A DNA stretch of 64,000 nt from Eledone cirrhosa (taxonomy: Eukaryota), in the NCBI GenBank assembly GCA_964016885.1, contig OZ024759.1:1364001-1428000 (forward strand), read 5' to 3'. Every line of letters starts with the position of its first letter. Position 1 is the first letter of the stretch. Below are positions 48,701 through 63,660 of this stretch, in pieces. Made by a program: the position numbers and the translations under genes. The notes beneath the pieces are model-generated. The model made no database searches. It was not told the origin of the DNA and saw only the letters and a program-made list of their open reading frames with translations.

Positions 48701-49450
48701 TATTAGTAACATGACAAAGTCTATATTAGTAACATGACAGTCTATATTGTACCATGACAAAGTCTATATTAGTAACATGACAAAGTCTATATTAGTAACA
48801 TGACATAGTCTATATTAGTAACATGACAAAGTCTATATTAGTAACATGACAGTCTATATTGTAACATGACACAGTCTATATTAGTAACATGACACAGTCT
48901 ATATTACTAACATGACAGTCTATATTAGTAACATGACAAAGTCTATATTAGTAACATGACAAAGTCTATATTAGTAACATGACAAAGTCTATATTAGTAG
49001 CATGACACAGTCTATATTAGTAACATGACAAAGTCTATATTAGTAACATGACATAGTCTATATTAGTAACATGACAAAGTCTATATTAGTAGCATGACAC
49101 AGTCTAAATTAGTAATATGACACAGTCTATATTAGTAACATGACAGTCTATATTAGTAACATGACACAGTCTATATTAGTAACATGACAAAGTCTATATT
49201 AGTAGTATGACAAAGTCTATATTAGTAACATGACAGTCTATATTAGTAACATGACAAAGTCTATATTAGTAGCATGACAAAGTCTATATTAGTAGCATGA
49301 CACAGTCTATATTAGTAACATGACACAGTCTATATTAGTAACATGACACAGTCTATATTAGTAACATGACAAAGTCTATATTAGTAGCATGACAAAGTCT
49401 ATATTAGTAACATGACAAAGTCTATATTAGTAACATGACACAGTCTATAT
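45630..49450. repeat. Copy of block ~34600-38440 (offset ~11.0 kb)
   Basis: gtcatt 35235/46276 (+11041). aaattc 35842/46885 and tataag 36375/47418 (+11043, after a 2-bp TA insertion at ~46775). gtcga 37450/48449 (+10999). Confidence 0.8.
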
Positions 49451-49849
49451 TAGTAACATGACAAAGTCTATATTAGTAACATGACAAAATCTATATTAGT
49501 AACATGACAGTCTATATTAGTAACATGACAAAGTCTATATTAGTAACATGACAAAGTCTCTATTAGTAACATGACAAAGTCTATATTAGTAACATGACAG
49601 TCTATATTAGTAACATGACAAAGTCTCTATTAGTAACATGACAAAGTCTATATTAGTAACATGACAGTCTATATTAGTAACATGACAAAGTCTATATTAG
49701 TAACATGACAGTCTATATTGTAACATGACACAGTCTATATTAGTAACATGACACAGTTTATATTAGTAACATGACATAGTCTATATTAGTAACATGACAA
49801 AGTCTATATTAGTAACATGACAGTCTATATTAGTAACATGACAAAGTCT

Positions 49850-52380
49850 ATATTAGTAACATGACAAAGTCTATATTAGTAGCATGACACAGTCTATATT
49901 AGTAACATGACAAAGTCTATATTAGTAACATGACACAGTCTATATTATTAACATGACAAAGTCTATATTAGTAGCATGACAAAGTCTATATTAGTAACAT
50001 GACACAGTCTATATTAGTAACATGACAAAGTCTATATTAGTAACATGACACTGTCTATATTAGTAACTTGACAAAGTCTATATTAGTAACATGACACAGT
50101 CTATATTAGTAACATGACACAGTCTATATTAGTAGCATGACAAAGTCTATATTAGTAACATGACACAGTCTATATTAGTAACATGACAAAGTCTATATTA
50201 GTAACATGACACTGTCTATATTAGTAACTTGACAAAGTCTATATTAGTAACATGACACAGTCTATATTAGTAACATGACACAGTCTATATTAGTAACATG
50301 ACAGTCTATATTAGTAAAATGACAGTCCATATTAGTAGCATGACAAAGTCTATATTAGTAACATGACAAAGTCTATATTAGTAACATGACACAGTCTATA
50401 TTAGTAACATGACACAGTCTATATTAGTAACATCACACAGTCTATATTAGTAACATGACAAAGTCTATATTAGTAACATGGCAAAGTCTATATTAGTAAC
50501 ATGACAAAGTCTATATTAGTAACATGACAAGGCCTATATTAGTAATATGACACAGTCTATATTAGTAACATGACAAAGTCTATATTAGTAACATGACAAA
50601 GTCTATATTAGTAACATGACAGTCTATATTAGTAACATGACACAGTCTATATTAGTAACATGACAAAGTCTATATTAGTAACATGACACAGTCTATATTA
50701 GTAACATGACACAGTCTATATTAGTAACATGACACAGTTTATATTAGTAACATGACAAAGTCTATATTAGTAACATGACAGTCTATATTGTAACATGACA
50801 CAGTCTATATTAGTAACATGACACAGTCTATATTAGTAACATGACAGCCTATATTAGTAACATGACAAAGTCTATATTAGTAACATGACAAAGTCTATAT
50901 TAGTAACATGACAAAGTCTATATTAGTAACATGACAAAGTCTATATTAGTAGCATGACACAGTCTATATTAGTAACATGACAAAGTCTATATTAGTAACA
51001 TGACACAGTCTATATTAGTAACATGACAAAGTCTATATTAGTAGCATGACAAAGTCTATATTAGTAACATGACACAGTCTATATTAGTAACATGACAAAG
51101 TCTATATTAGTAACATGACACTGTCTATATTAGTAACTTGACAAAGTCTATATTAGTAACATGACACAGTCTATATTAGTAACATGACACAGTCTATATT
51201 AGTAGCATGACAAAGTCTATATTAGTAACATGACACAGTCTATATTAGTAACATGACAAAGTCTATATTAGTAACATGACACTGTCTATATTAGTAACTT
51301 GACAAAGTCTATATTAGTAACATGACAAAGTCTATATTAGTAACATGACAGTCTATATTAGTAACATGCCAAAGTCTATATTAGTAGCATGACAAAGTCT
51401 ATATTAGTAGCATGACACAGTCTATATTAGTAACATGACAAAGTCTATATTAGTAACATGACACTGTCTATATTAGTAACTTGACAAAGTCTATATTAGT
51501 AACATGACACAGTCTATATTAGTAACATGACACAGTCTATATTAGTAACATGACAGTCTATATTAGTAAAATGACAGTCCATATTAGTAGCATGACAAAG
51601 TCTATATTAGTAACATGACAAAGTCTATATTAGTAACATGACACAGTCTATATTAGTAACATGACACAGTCTATATTAGTAACATCACACAGTCTATATT
51701 AGTAACATGACAAAGTCTATATTAGTAACATGGCAAAGTCTATATTAGTAACATGACAAAGTCTATATTAGTAACATGACAAGGCCTATATTAGTAATAT
51801 GACACAGTCTATATTAGTAACATGACAAAGTCTATATTAGTAACATGACAAAGTCTATATTAGTAACATGACAGTCTATATTAGTAACATGACACAGTCT
51901 ATATTAGTAACATGACAAAGTCTATATTAGTAACATGACACAGTCTATATTAGTAACATGACACAGTCTATATTAGTAACATGACACAGTTTATATTAGT
52001 AACATGACAAAGTCTATATTAGTAACATGACAAAGTCTATATTAGTAACATGGCAGTCTATATTAGTAACATGACAAAGTCTATATTAGTAACATGACAC
52101 AGTCTATATTAGTAACATGACAAAGACTCTATTAGTAACATGACAAAGTCTATATTAGTAACATGACAAAGTCTATATTAGTAACATGACACAGTCTATA
52201 TTAGTAACATCACACAGTCTATATTAGTAACATGACAAAGTCTATATTAGTAACATGGCAAAGTCTATATTAGTAACATGACAAAGTCTATATTAGTAAC
52301 ATGACAAGGCCTATATTAGTAATATGACACAGTCTATATTAGTAACATGACAAAGTCTATATTAGTAACATGACAAAGTC
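49850..52380. repeat. Sub-domain with locally restricted variants and short duplications (161, 1070, 1252 bp)
   Basis: The monomer gacactgtc...gtaacttg occurs at ~50051, 50212, 51121, 51282 and 51465. gtaaaatg occurs at ~50315 and 51567. catcacac occurs at 50431, 51683 and 52208. Confidence 0.8.
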
Positions 52381-53479
52381 TATATTAGTAACATGACAGT
52401 CTATATTAGTAACATGACAAAATCTATATTAGTAACATGACAGTCTATATTAGTAACATGACAAAGTCTATATTAGTAACATGACAGTCTATATTGTACC
52501 ATGACACAGTCTATATTAGTAACATGACATAGTCTATATTAGTAACATGACAAAGTCTATATTAGTAACATGACAGTCTATATTGTAACATGACACAGTC
52601 TATATTAGTAACATGACACAGTCTATATTAGTAACATGACAGTCTATATTAGTAACATGACACAGTCTATATTAGTAACATGACACAGTCTATATTAGTA
52701 ACATGACAGTCTATATTAGTAGCATGGCAATGTCTATATTAGTAACATGACACAGTCTATATTAGTAACAAGACATAGTCTATATTAGTAACATGACATA
52801 GTCTATATTAGTAGCATGACAAAGTCTATATTAGTAACATGACAAAGTCTATATTAGTAACATGACACAGTCTATCTTAGTAACATGACAAAGTCTATAT
52901 TAGTAACATGACACAGTCTATATTAGTAACATGACAAAGTCTATATTAGTAGCATGACAAAGTCTATATTAGTAACATGACACAGTCTATATTAGTAACA
53001 TGACAAAGTCTATATTAGTAACATGACAAAGTCTATATTAGTAACATGACAAAGTCTATATTAGTAACATGACTAAGTCTATATTAGTAACATGACACAG
53101 TCTATATTAGTAACATGACAGTCTATATTAGTAGCATGACAAAGTCTATATTAGTAACATGACAAAGTCTATATTAGTAACATGACACAGTCTATATTAG
53201 TAACATGACACAGTCTATATTAGTAACATGACAGTCTATATTAGTAACATGACAAAGTCTATATTAGTAACATGGCAAAGTCTATGTTAGTAACATGACA
53301 AAGTCTATATTAGTAACATGACAGTCTATATTAGTAACATGACACATTCTATATTAGTAACATGACAAAGTCTATATTAGTAGCATGACAAAGTCTATAT
53401 TAGTAATATGACAGTCTATATTAGTAACATGCCAAAGTCTATATTAGTAGCATGACAAAGTCTATATTAGTAACATGAC

Positions 53480-56400
53480 ACAGTCTATATTAGTAACATG
53501 ACACAGTCTATATTAGTAACATGACACAGTCTATATTAGTAGCATGACAAAGTCTATATTAGTAACATGACAAAGTCTATATTAGTAACATGACAAAGTC
53601 TATATTAGTAACATGACATAGTCTATATTAGTAGCATGACAAAGTCTATATTAGTAACATGACAGTCTATATTGTAACATGGCACAGTCTATATTAGTAA
53701 CATGACAAAGACTCTATTAGTAACATGACAAAGTCTATATTAGTAACATGACAGTCTATATTAGTAACATGACAAAATCTATATTAGTAACGTGACAGTC
53801 TATATTAGTAACATGACAAAGTCTATATTAGTAACATGACAAAGTCTATATTAGTAACATGACAAAGTCTATATTAGTAACATGACATAGTCTATATTAG
53901 TAACATGACAAAGTCTATATTAGTAACATGACAGTCTATATTGTAACATGACACAGTCTATATTATTAACATGACACAGTCTATATTAGTAACATGACAG
54001 TCTATATTAGTAACATGACACAGTCTATATTAGTAACATGACACAGTCTATATTAGTAACATGACAGTCTATATTAGTAGCATGGCAATGTCTATATTAG
54101 TAACATGACACAGTCTATATTAGTAACAAGACATAGTCTATATTAGTAACATGACATAGTCTATATTAGTAGCATGACAAAGTCTATATTAGTAACATGA
54201 CAAAGTCTATATTAGTAACATGACACAGTCTATCTTAGTAACATGACAAAGTCTATATTAGTAACATGACACAGTCTATATTAGTAACATGACAAAGTCT
54301 ATATTAGTAGCATGACAAAGTCTATATTAGTAACATGACACAGTCTATATTAGTAACATGACAAAGTCTATATTAGTAACATGACAAAGTCTATATTAGT
54401 AACATGACAAAGTCTATATTAGTAACATGACTAAGTCTATATTAGTAACATGACACAGTCTATATTAGTAACATGACAGTCTATATTAGTAGCATGACAA
54501 AGTCTATATTAGTAACATGACAAAGTCTATATTAGTAACATGACACAGTCTATATTAGTAACATGACAAAGTCTATATTAGTAACATGGCAAAGTCTATG
54601 TTAGTAACATGACAAAGTCTATATTAGTAACATGACAGTCTATATTAGTAACATGACACATTCTATATTAGTAACATGACAAAGTCTATATTAGTAGCAT
54701 GACAAAGTCTATATTAGTAACATGACAGTCTATATTAGTAACATGCCAAAGTCTATATTAGTAGCACGACAAAGTCTATATTAGTAACATGACACAGTCT
54801 ATATTAGTAACATGACACAGTCTATATTAGTAACATGACACAGTCTATATTAGTAGCATGACAAAGTCTATATTAGTAACATGACAAAGTCTATATTAGT
54901 AACATGACAAAGTCTATATTAGTAACATGACATAGTCTATATTAGTAGCATGACAAAGTCTATATTAGTAACATGACAAAGTCTATATTAGTAACATGAC
55001 AGTCTATATAAGTAACATGACACATTCTATATTAGTAACATGACAAAGTCTATATTAGTAGCATGACAAAGTCTATATTAGTAACATGACAGTCTATATT
55101 AGTAACATGCCAAAGTCTATATTAGTAGCATGACAAAGTCTATATTAGTAACATGACACAGTCTATATTAGTAACATGACACAGTCTATATTAGTAACAT
55201 GACACAGTCTATATTAGTAGCATGACAAAGTCTATATTAGTAACATGACAAAGTCTATATTAGTAACATGACAAAGTCTATATTAGTAACATGACAAAGT
55301 CTATATTAGTAACATGACACAGTGTATATTAGTAATATGACAGTCTATATTAGTAGCATGACAAAGTCTATATTAGTAACATGACAAAGTCTATATTAGT
55401 AACATGACACAGTCTATATTAGTAACATGACACAGTCTATATTAGTAACATGACACAGTCTATATTAGTAACATGACAAAGTCTATATTAGTAACATGGC
55501 AAAGTCTATATTAGTAACATGACAAAGTCTATATTAGTAACATGACAAGGTCTATATTAGTAACATGACACAGTCTATATTAGTAACATGACAAAGTCTA
55601 TATTAGTAACATGACAGTCTATATTAGTAACATGCCAAAGTCTATATTAGTAGCATGACAAAGTCTATATTAGTAGCATGACATAGTATATATTAGTAAC
55701 ATGACACAGTCTATATTAGTAGCATGACAAAGTCTATATTAGTAACATGACAAAGTCTATATTAGTAACATGAGAAAGTCTATATTAGTAACATGACACA
55801 GTCTATATTAGTAACATGACAAAGTCTATATTAGTAACATGACACAGTCTATATTAGTAACATGACACAGTCTATATTAGTAACATGCAAAGTCTATATT
55901 AGTAGCATGACAAAGTCTATATTAGTAACATGACAAAGTCTATATTAGTAACATGACACAGTCTATATTAGTAACATGACAAAGTCTATATTAGTAACAT
56001 GACGGTCTATATTAGTAACATGACAGTCTATATTAGTAGCATGACAAAGTCTATATTAGTAACATGACACAGTCTATATTAGTAACATGACACAGTCTAT
56101 ATTAGTAACATGACAAAGTCTATATTAGTAGCATGACAAAGTCTATATTAGTAACATGACACAGTCTATATTAGTAACATGACACAGTCTATATTAGTAA
56201 CATGACACAGTCTATATTAGTAGCATGACAAAGTCTATATTAGTAACATGACAAAGTCTATATTAGTAACATGACAAAGTCTATATTAGTAACATGACAT
56301 AGTCTATATTAGTAGCATGACAAAGTCTATATTAGTAACATGACAGTCTATATTGTAACATGACACAGTCTATATTAGTAACATGACAAAGACTCTATTA

Positions 56401-59400
56401 GTAACATGACAAAGTCTATATTAGTAACATGACAGTCTATATTAGTAACATGACAAAATCTATATTAGTAACGTGACAGTCTATATTAGTAACATGACAA
56501 AGTCTATATTAGTAACATGACAAAGTCTATATTAGTAACATGACAAAGTCTATATTAGTAACATGACATAGTCTATATTAGTAACATGACAAAGTCTATA
56601 TTAGTAACATGACAGTCTATATTGTAACATGACACAGTCTATATTAGTAACATGACACAGTCTATATTAGTAACATGACAGTCTATATTAGTAACATGAC
56701 ACAGTCTATATTAGTAACATGACACAGTCTATATTAGTAACATGACAGTCTATATTAGTAGCATGGCAATGTCTATATTAGTAACATGACACAGTCTATA
56801 TTAGTAACAAGACATAGTCTATATTAGTAACATGACATAGTCTATATTAGTAGCATGACAAAGTCTATATTAGTAACATGACAAAGTCTATATTAGTAAC
56901 ATGACACAGTCTATCTTAGTAACATGACAAAGTCTATATTAGTAACATGACACAGTCTATATTAGTAACATGACAAAGTCTATATTAGTAGCATGACAAA
57001 GTCTATATTAGTAACATGACACAGTCTATATTAGTAACATGACAAAGTCTATATTAGTAACATGACAAAGTCTATATTAGTAACATGACAAAGTCTATAT
57101 TAGTAACATGACTAAGTCTATATTAGTAACATGACACAGTCTATATTAGTAACATGACAGTCTATATTAGTAGCATGACAAAGTCTATATTAGTAACATG
57201 ACAAAGTCTATATTAGTAACATGACACAGTCTATATTAGTAACATGACAAAGTCTATATTAGTAACATGGCAAAGTCTATGTTAGTAACATGACAAAGTC
57301 TATATTAGTAACATGACAAAGTCTATATTAGTAACATGACACAGTCTATATTAGTAACATGACAAAGTCTATATTAGTAACATGGCAAAGTCTATGTTAG
57401 TAACATGACAAAGTCTATATTAGTAACATGACAGTCTATATTAGTAACATGACACATTCTATATTAGTAACATGACAAAGTCTATATTAGTAGCATGACA
57501 AAGTCTATATTAGTAACATGACAGTCTATATTAGTAACATGCCAAAGTCTATATTAGTAGCACGACAAAGTCTATATTAGTAACATGACACAGTCTATAT
57601 TAGTAACATGACACAGTCTATATTAGTAACATGACACAGTCTATATTAGTAGCATGACAAAGTCTATATTAGTAACATGACAAAGTCTATATTAGTAACA
57701 TGACAAAGTCTATATTAGTAACATGACATAGTCTATATTAGTAGCATGACAAAGTCTATATTAGTAACATGACAAAGTCTATATTAGTAACATGACAGTC
57801 TATATAAGTAACATGACACATTCTATATTAGTAACATGACAAAGTCTATATTAGTAGCATGACAAAGTCTATATTAGTAACATGACAGTCTATATTAGTA
57901 ACATGCCAAAGTCTATATTAGTAGCATGACAAAGTCTATATTAGTAACATGACACAGTCTATATTAGTAACATGACACAGTCTATATTAGTAACATGACA
58001 CAGTCTATATTAGTAGCATGACAAAGTCTATATTAGTAACATGACAAAGTCTATATTAGTAACATGACAAAGTCTATATTAGTAACATGACAAAGTCTAT
58101 ATTAGTAACATGACACAGTGTATATTAGTAATATGACAGTCTATATTAGTAGCATGACAAAGTCTATATTAGTAACATGACAAAGTCTATATTAGTAACA
58201 TGACACAGTCTATATTAGTAACATGACACAGTCTATATTAGTAACATGACACAGTCTATATTAGTAACATGACAAAGTCTATATTAGTAACATGGCAAAG
58301 TCTATATTAGTAACATGACAAAGTCTATATTAGTAACATGACAAGGTCTATATTAGTAACATGACACAGTCTATATTAGTAACATGACAAAGTCTATATT
58401 AGTAACATGACAGTCTATATTAGTAACATGCCAAAGTCTATATTAGTAGCATGACAAAGTCTATATTAGTAGCATGACATAGTATATATTAGTAACATGA
58501 CACAGTCTATATTAGTAGCATGACAAAGTCTATATTAGTAACATGACAAAGTCTATATTAGTAACATGAGAAAGTCTATATTAGTAACATGACACAGTCT
58601 ATATTAGTAACATGACAAAGTCTATATTAGTAACATGACACAGTCTATATTAGTAACATGACACAGTCTATATTAGTAACATGCAAAGTCTATATTAGTA
58701 GCATGACAAAGTCTATATTAGTAACATGACAAAGTCTATATTAGTAACATGACACAGTCTATATTAGTAACATGACAAAGTCTATATTAGTAACATGACG
58801 GTCTATATTAGTAACATGACAGTCTATATTAGTAGCATGACAAAGTCTATATTAGTAACATGACACAGTCTATATTAGTAACATGACACAGTCTATATTA
58901 GTAACATGACAAAGTCTATATTAGTAGCATGACAAAGTCTATATTAGTAACATGACACAGTCTATATTAGTAACATGACACAGTCTATATTAGTAACATG
59001 ACACAGTCTATATTAGTAGCATGACAAAGTCTATATTAGTAACATGACAAAGTCTATATTAGTAACATGACAAAGTCTATATTAGTAACATGACATAGTC
59101 TATATTAGTAGCATGACAAAGTCTATATTAGTAACATGACAGTCTATATTGTAACATGACACAGTCTATATTAGTAACATGACAAAGACTCTATTAGTAA
59201 CATGACAAAGTCTATATTAGTAACATGACAGTCTATATTAGTAACATGACAAAATCTATATTAGTAACGTGACAGTCTATATTAGTAACATGACAAAGTC
59301 TATATTAGTAACATGACAAAGTCTATATTAGTAACATGACAAAGTCTATATTAGTAACATGACATAGTCTATATTAGTAACATGACAAAGTCTATATTAG

Positions 59401-61640
59401 TAACATGACAGTCTATATTGTAACATGACACAGTCTATATTAGTAACATGACACAGTCTATATTAGTAACATGACAGTCTATATTAGTAACATGACACAG
59501 TCTATATTAGTAACATGACACAGTCTATATTAGTAACATGACAGTCTATATTAGTAGCATGGCAATGTCTATATTAGTAACATGACACAGTCTATATTAG
59601 TAACAAGACATAGTCTATATTAGTAACATGACATAGTCTATATTAGTAGCATGACAAAGTCTATATTAGTAACATGACAAAGTCTATATTAGTAACATGA
59701 CACAGTCTATCTTAGTAACATGACAAAGTCTATATTAGTAACATGACACAGTCTATATTAGTAACATGACAAAGTCTATATTAGTAGCATGACAAAGTCT
59801 ATATTAGTAACATGACACAGTCTATATTAGTAACATGACAAAGTCTATATTAGTAACATGACAAAGTCTATATTAGTAACATGACAAAGTCTATATTAGT
59901 AACATGACTAAGTCTATATTAGTAACATGACACAGTCTATATTAGTAACATGACAGTCTATATTAGTAGCATGACAAAGTCTATATTAGTAACATGACAA
60001 AGTCTATATTAGTAACATGACACAGTCTATATTAGTAACATGACAAAGTCTATATTAGTAACATGGCAAAGTCTATGTTAGTAACATGACAAAGTCTATA
60101 TTAGTAACATGACAGTCTATATTAGTAACATGACACATTCTATATTAGTAACATGACAAAGTCTATATTAGTAGCATGACAAAGTCTATATTAGTAACAT
60201 GACAGTCTATATTAGTAACATGCCAAAGTCTATATTAGTAGCACGACAAAGTCTATATTAGTAACATGACACAGTCTATATTAGTAACATGACACAGTCT
60301 ATATTAGTAACATGACACAGTCTATATTAGTAGCATGACAAAGTCTATATTAGTAACATGACAAAGTCTATATTAGTAACATGACAAAGTCTATATTAGT
60401 AACATGACATAGTCTATATTAGTAGCATGACAAAGTCTATATTAGTAACATGACAAAGTCTATATTAGTAACATGACAGTCTATATAAGTAACATGACAC
60501 ATTCTATATTAGTAACATGACAAAGTCTATATTAGTAGCATGACAAAGTCTATATTAGTAACATGACAGTCTATATTAGTAACATGCCAAAGTCTATATT
60601 AGTAGCATGACAAAGTCTATATTAGTAACATGACACAGTCTATATTAGTAACATGACACAGTCTATATTAGTAACATGACACAGTCTATATTAGTAGCAT
60701 GACAAAGTCTATATTAGTAACATGACAAAGTCTATATTAGTAACATGACAAAGTCTATATTAGTAACATGACAAAGTCTATATTAGTAACATGACACAGT
60801 GTATATTAGTAATATGACAGTCTATATTAGTAGCATGACAAAGTCTATATTAGTAACATGACAAAGTCTATATTAGTAACATGACACAGTCTATATTAGT
60901 AACATGACACAGTCTATATTAGTAACATGACACAGTCTATATTAGTAACATGACAAAGTCTATATTAGTAACATGGCAAAGTCTATATTAGTAACATGAC
61001 AAAGTCTATATTAGTAACATGACAAGGTCTATATTAGTAACATGACACAGTCTATATTAGTAACATGACAAAGTCTATATTAGTAACATGACAGTCTATA
61101 TTAGTAACATGCCAAAGTCTATATTAGTAGCATGACAAAGTCTATATTAGTAGCATGACATAGTATATATTAGTAACATGACACAGTCTATATTAGTAGC
61201 ATGACAAAGTCTATATTAGTAACATGACAAAGTCTATATTAGTAACATGAGAAAGTCTATATTAGTAACATGACACAGTCTATATTAGTAACATGACAAA
61301 GTCTATATTAGTAACATGACAGTCTATATTAGTAACATGACACAGTCTATATTAGTAACATGCAAAGTCTATATTAGTAGCATGACAAAGTCTATATTAG
61401 TAACATGACAAAGTCTATATTAGTAACATGACACAGTCTATATTAGTAACATGACAAAGTCTATATTAGTAACATGACGGTCTATATTAATAACATGACA
61501 GTCTATATTAGTAGCATGACAAAGTCTATATTAGTAACATGACACAGTCTATATTAGTAACATGACACAGTCTATATTAGTAACATGACAAAGTCTATAT
61601 TAGTAGCATGACAAAGTCTATATTAGTAACATGACACAGT
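53480..61640. repeat. Three tandem higher-order copies, period 2681 bp (middle copy +115 bp)
   Basis: ggcaatg at 54084/56765/59561, gcacgac at 54765/57561/60242, catagtata at 55682/58478/61159. The extra 115 bp (5 monomers) is marked by tatgttag appearing twice, at 57281 and 57396. Confidence 0.9.
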
Positions 61641-62130
61641 CTATATTAGTAACATGACAAAGTCTATATTAGTAGCATGACAAAGTCTATATTAGTAACA
61701 TGACAAAGTCTATATTAGTAACATGACACAGTCTATATTAGTAACATGACAGTCTATATTAGTAACATGACAGTCCATATTAGTAGCATGACAAAGTCTA
61801 TATTAGTAACATGACAAAGTCTATATTAGTAACATGACACAGTCTATATTAGTAACATGACACAGTCTATATTAGTAACATCATACAGTCTATATTAGTA
61901 ACATGACAAAGTCTATATTAGTAACATGGCAAAGTCTATATTAGTAACATGACACAGTCTATATTAGTAACATGACAAGGCCTATATTAGTAACATGACA
62001 CAGTCTATATTAGTAACATGACAAAGTCTATATTAGTAACATGACAGTCTATATTAGTAACATGACAAAGTCTATATTAGTAACATGACAAAGTCTATAT
62101 TAGTAACATGACAGTCTATATTAGTAACAT

Positions 62131-63660
62131 GACACAGTCTATATTAGTAACATGACAAAGTCTATATTAGTAACATGACACAGTCTATATTAGTAACATG
62201 ACACAGTCTATATTAGTAACATGACACAGTTTATATTAGTAACATGACAAAGTCTATATTAGTAACATGACAAAGTCTATATTAGTAACATGGCAGTCTA
62301 TATTAGTTACATGACAAAGTCTATATTAGTAACATGACACAGTCTATATTAGTAACATGACAAAGACTCTATTAGTAACATGACAAAGTCTATATTAGTA
62401 ACATGACAGTCTATATTAGTAACATGACAAAATCTATATTAGTAACATGACAGTCTATATTAGTAACATGACAAAGTCTATATTAGTAACATGACAGTCT
62501 ATATTGTACCATGACACAGTCTATATTAGTAACATGACACAGTCTATATTAGTAACATGACACAGTTTATATTAGTAACATGACAAAGTCTATATTAGTA
62601 ACATGACAAAGTCTATATTAGTAACATGGCAGTCTATATTAGTAACATGACAAAGTCTATATTAGTAACATGACACTGTCTATATTAGTAACATGACAAA
62701 GACTCTATTAGTAACATGACAAAGTCTATATTAGTAACATGACAGTCTATATTAGTAACATGACAAAATCTATATTAGTAACATGACAGTCTATATTAGT
62801 AACATGACAAAGTCTATATTAGTAACATGACAGTCTATATTGTACCATGACACAGTCTATATTAGTAACATGACATAGTCTATATTAGTAACATGACAAA
62901 GTCTATATTAGTAACATGACAGTCTATATTGTAACATGACACAGTCTATATTAGTAACATGACACAGTCTATATTAGTAACATGACAGTCTATATTAGTA
63001 ACATGACACAGTCTATATTAGTAACATGACACAGTCTATATTAGTAACATGACAGTCTATATTAGTAGCATGGCAATGTCTATATTAGTAACATGACACA
63101 GTCTATATTAGTAACAAGACATAGTCTATATTAGTAACATGACATAGTCTATATTAGTAGCATGACAAAGTCTATATTAGTAACATGACAAAGTCTATAT
63201 TAGTAACATGACACAGTCTATCTTAGTAACATGACAAAGTCTATATTAGTAACATGACACAGTCTATATTAGTAACATGACAAAGTCTATATTAGTAGCA
63301 TGACAAAGTCTATATTAGTAACATGACACAGTCTATATTAGTAACATGACAAAGTCTATATTAGTAACATGACAAAGTCTATATTAGTAACATGACAAAG
63401 TCTATATTAGTAACATGACTAAGTCTATATTAGTAACATGACACAGTCTATATTAGTAACATGACAGTCTATATTAGTAGCATGACAAAGTCTATATTAG
63501 TAACATGACAAAGTCTATATTAGTAACATGACACAGTCTATATTAGTAACATGACACAGTCTATATTAGTAACATGACAGTCTATATTAGTAACATGACA
63601 AAGTCTATATTAGTAACATGGCAAAGTCTATGTTAGTAACATGACAAAGTCTATATTAGT
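62131..63660. repeat. Copy of the window start (1-~1540), offset 62130 bp
   Basis: All at +62130: gttac ~171/62301, the rare gacactgtc in identical context at 541/62671, and ggcaatg 942/63072. Confidence 0.8.
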
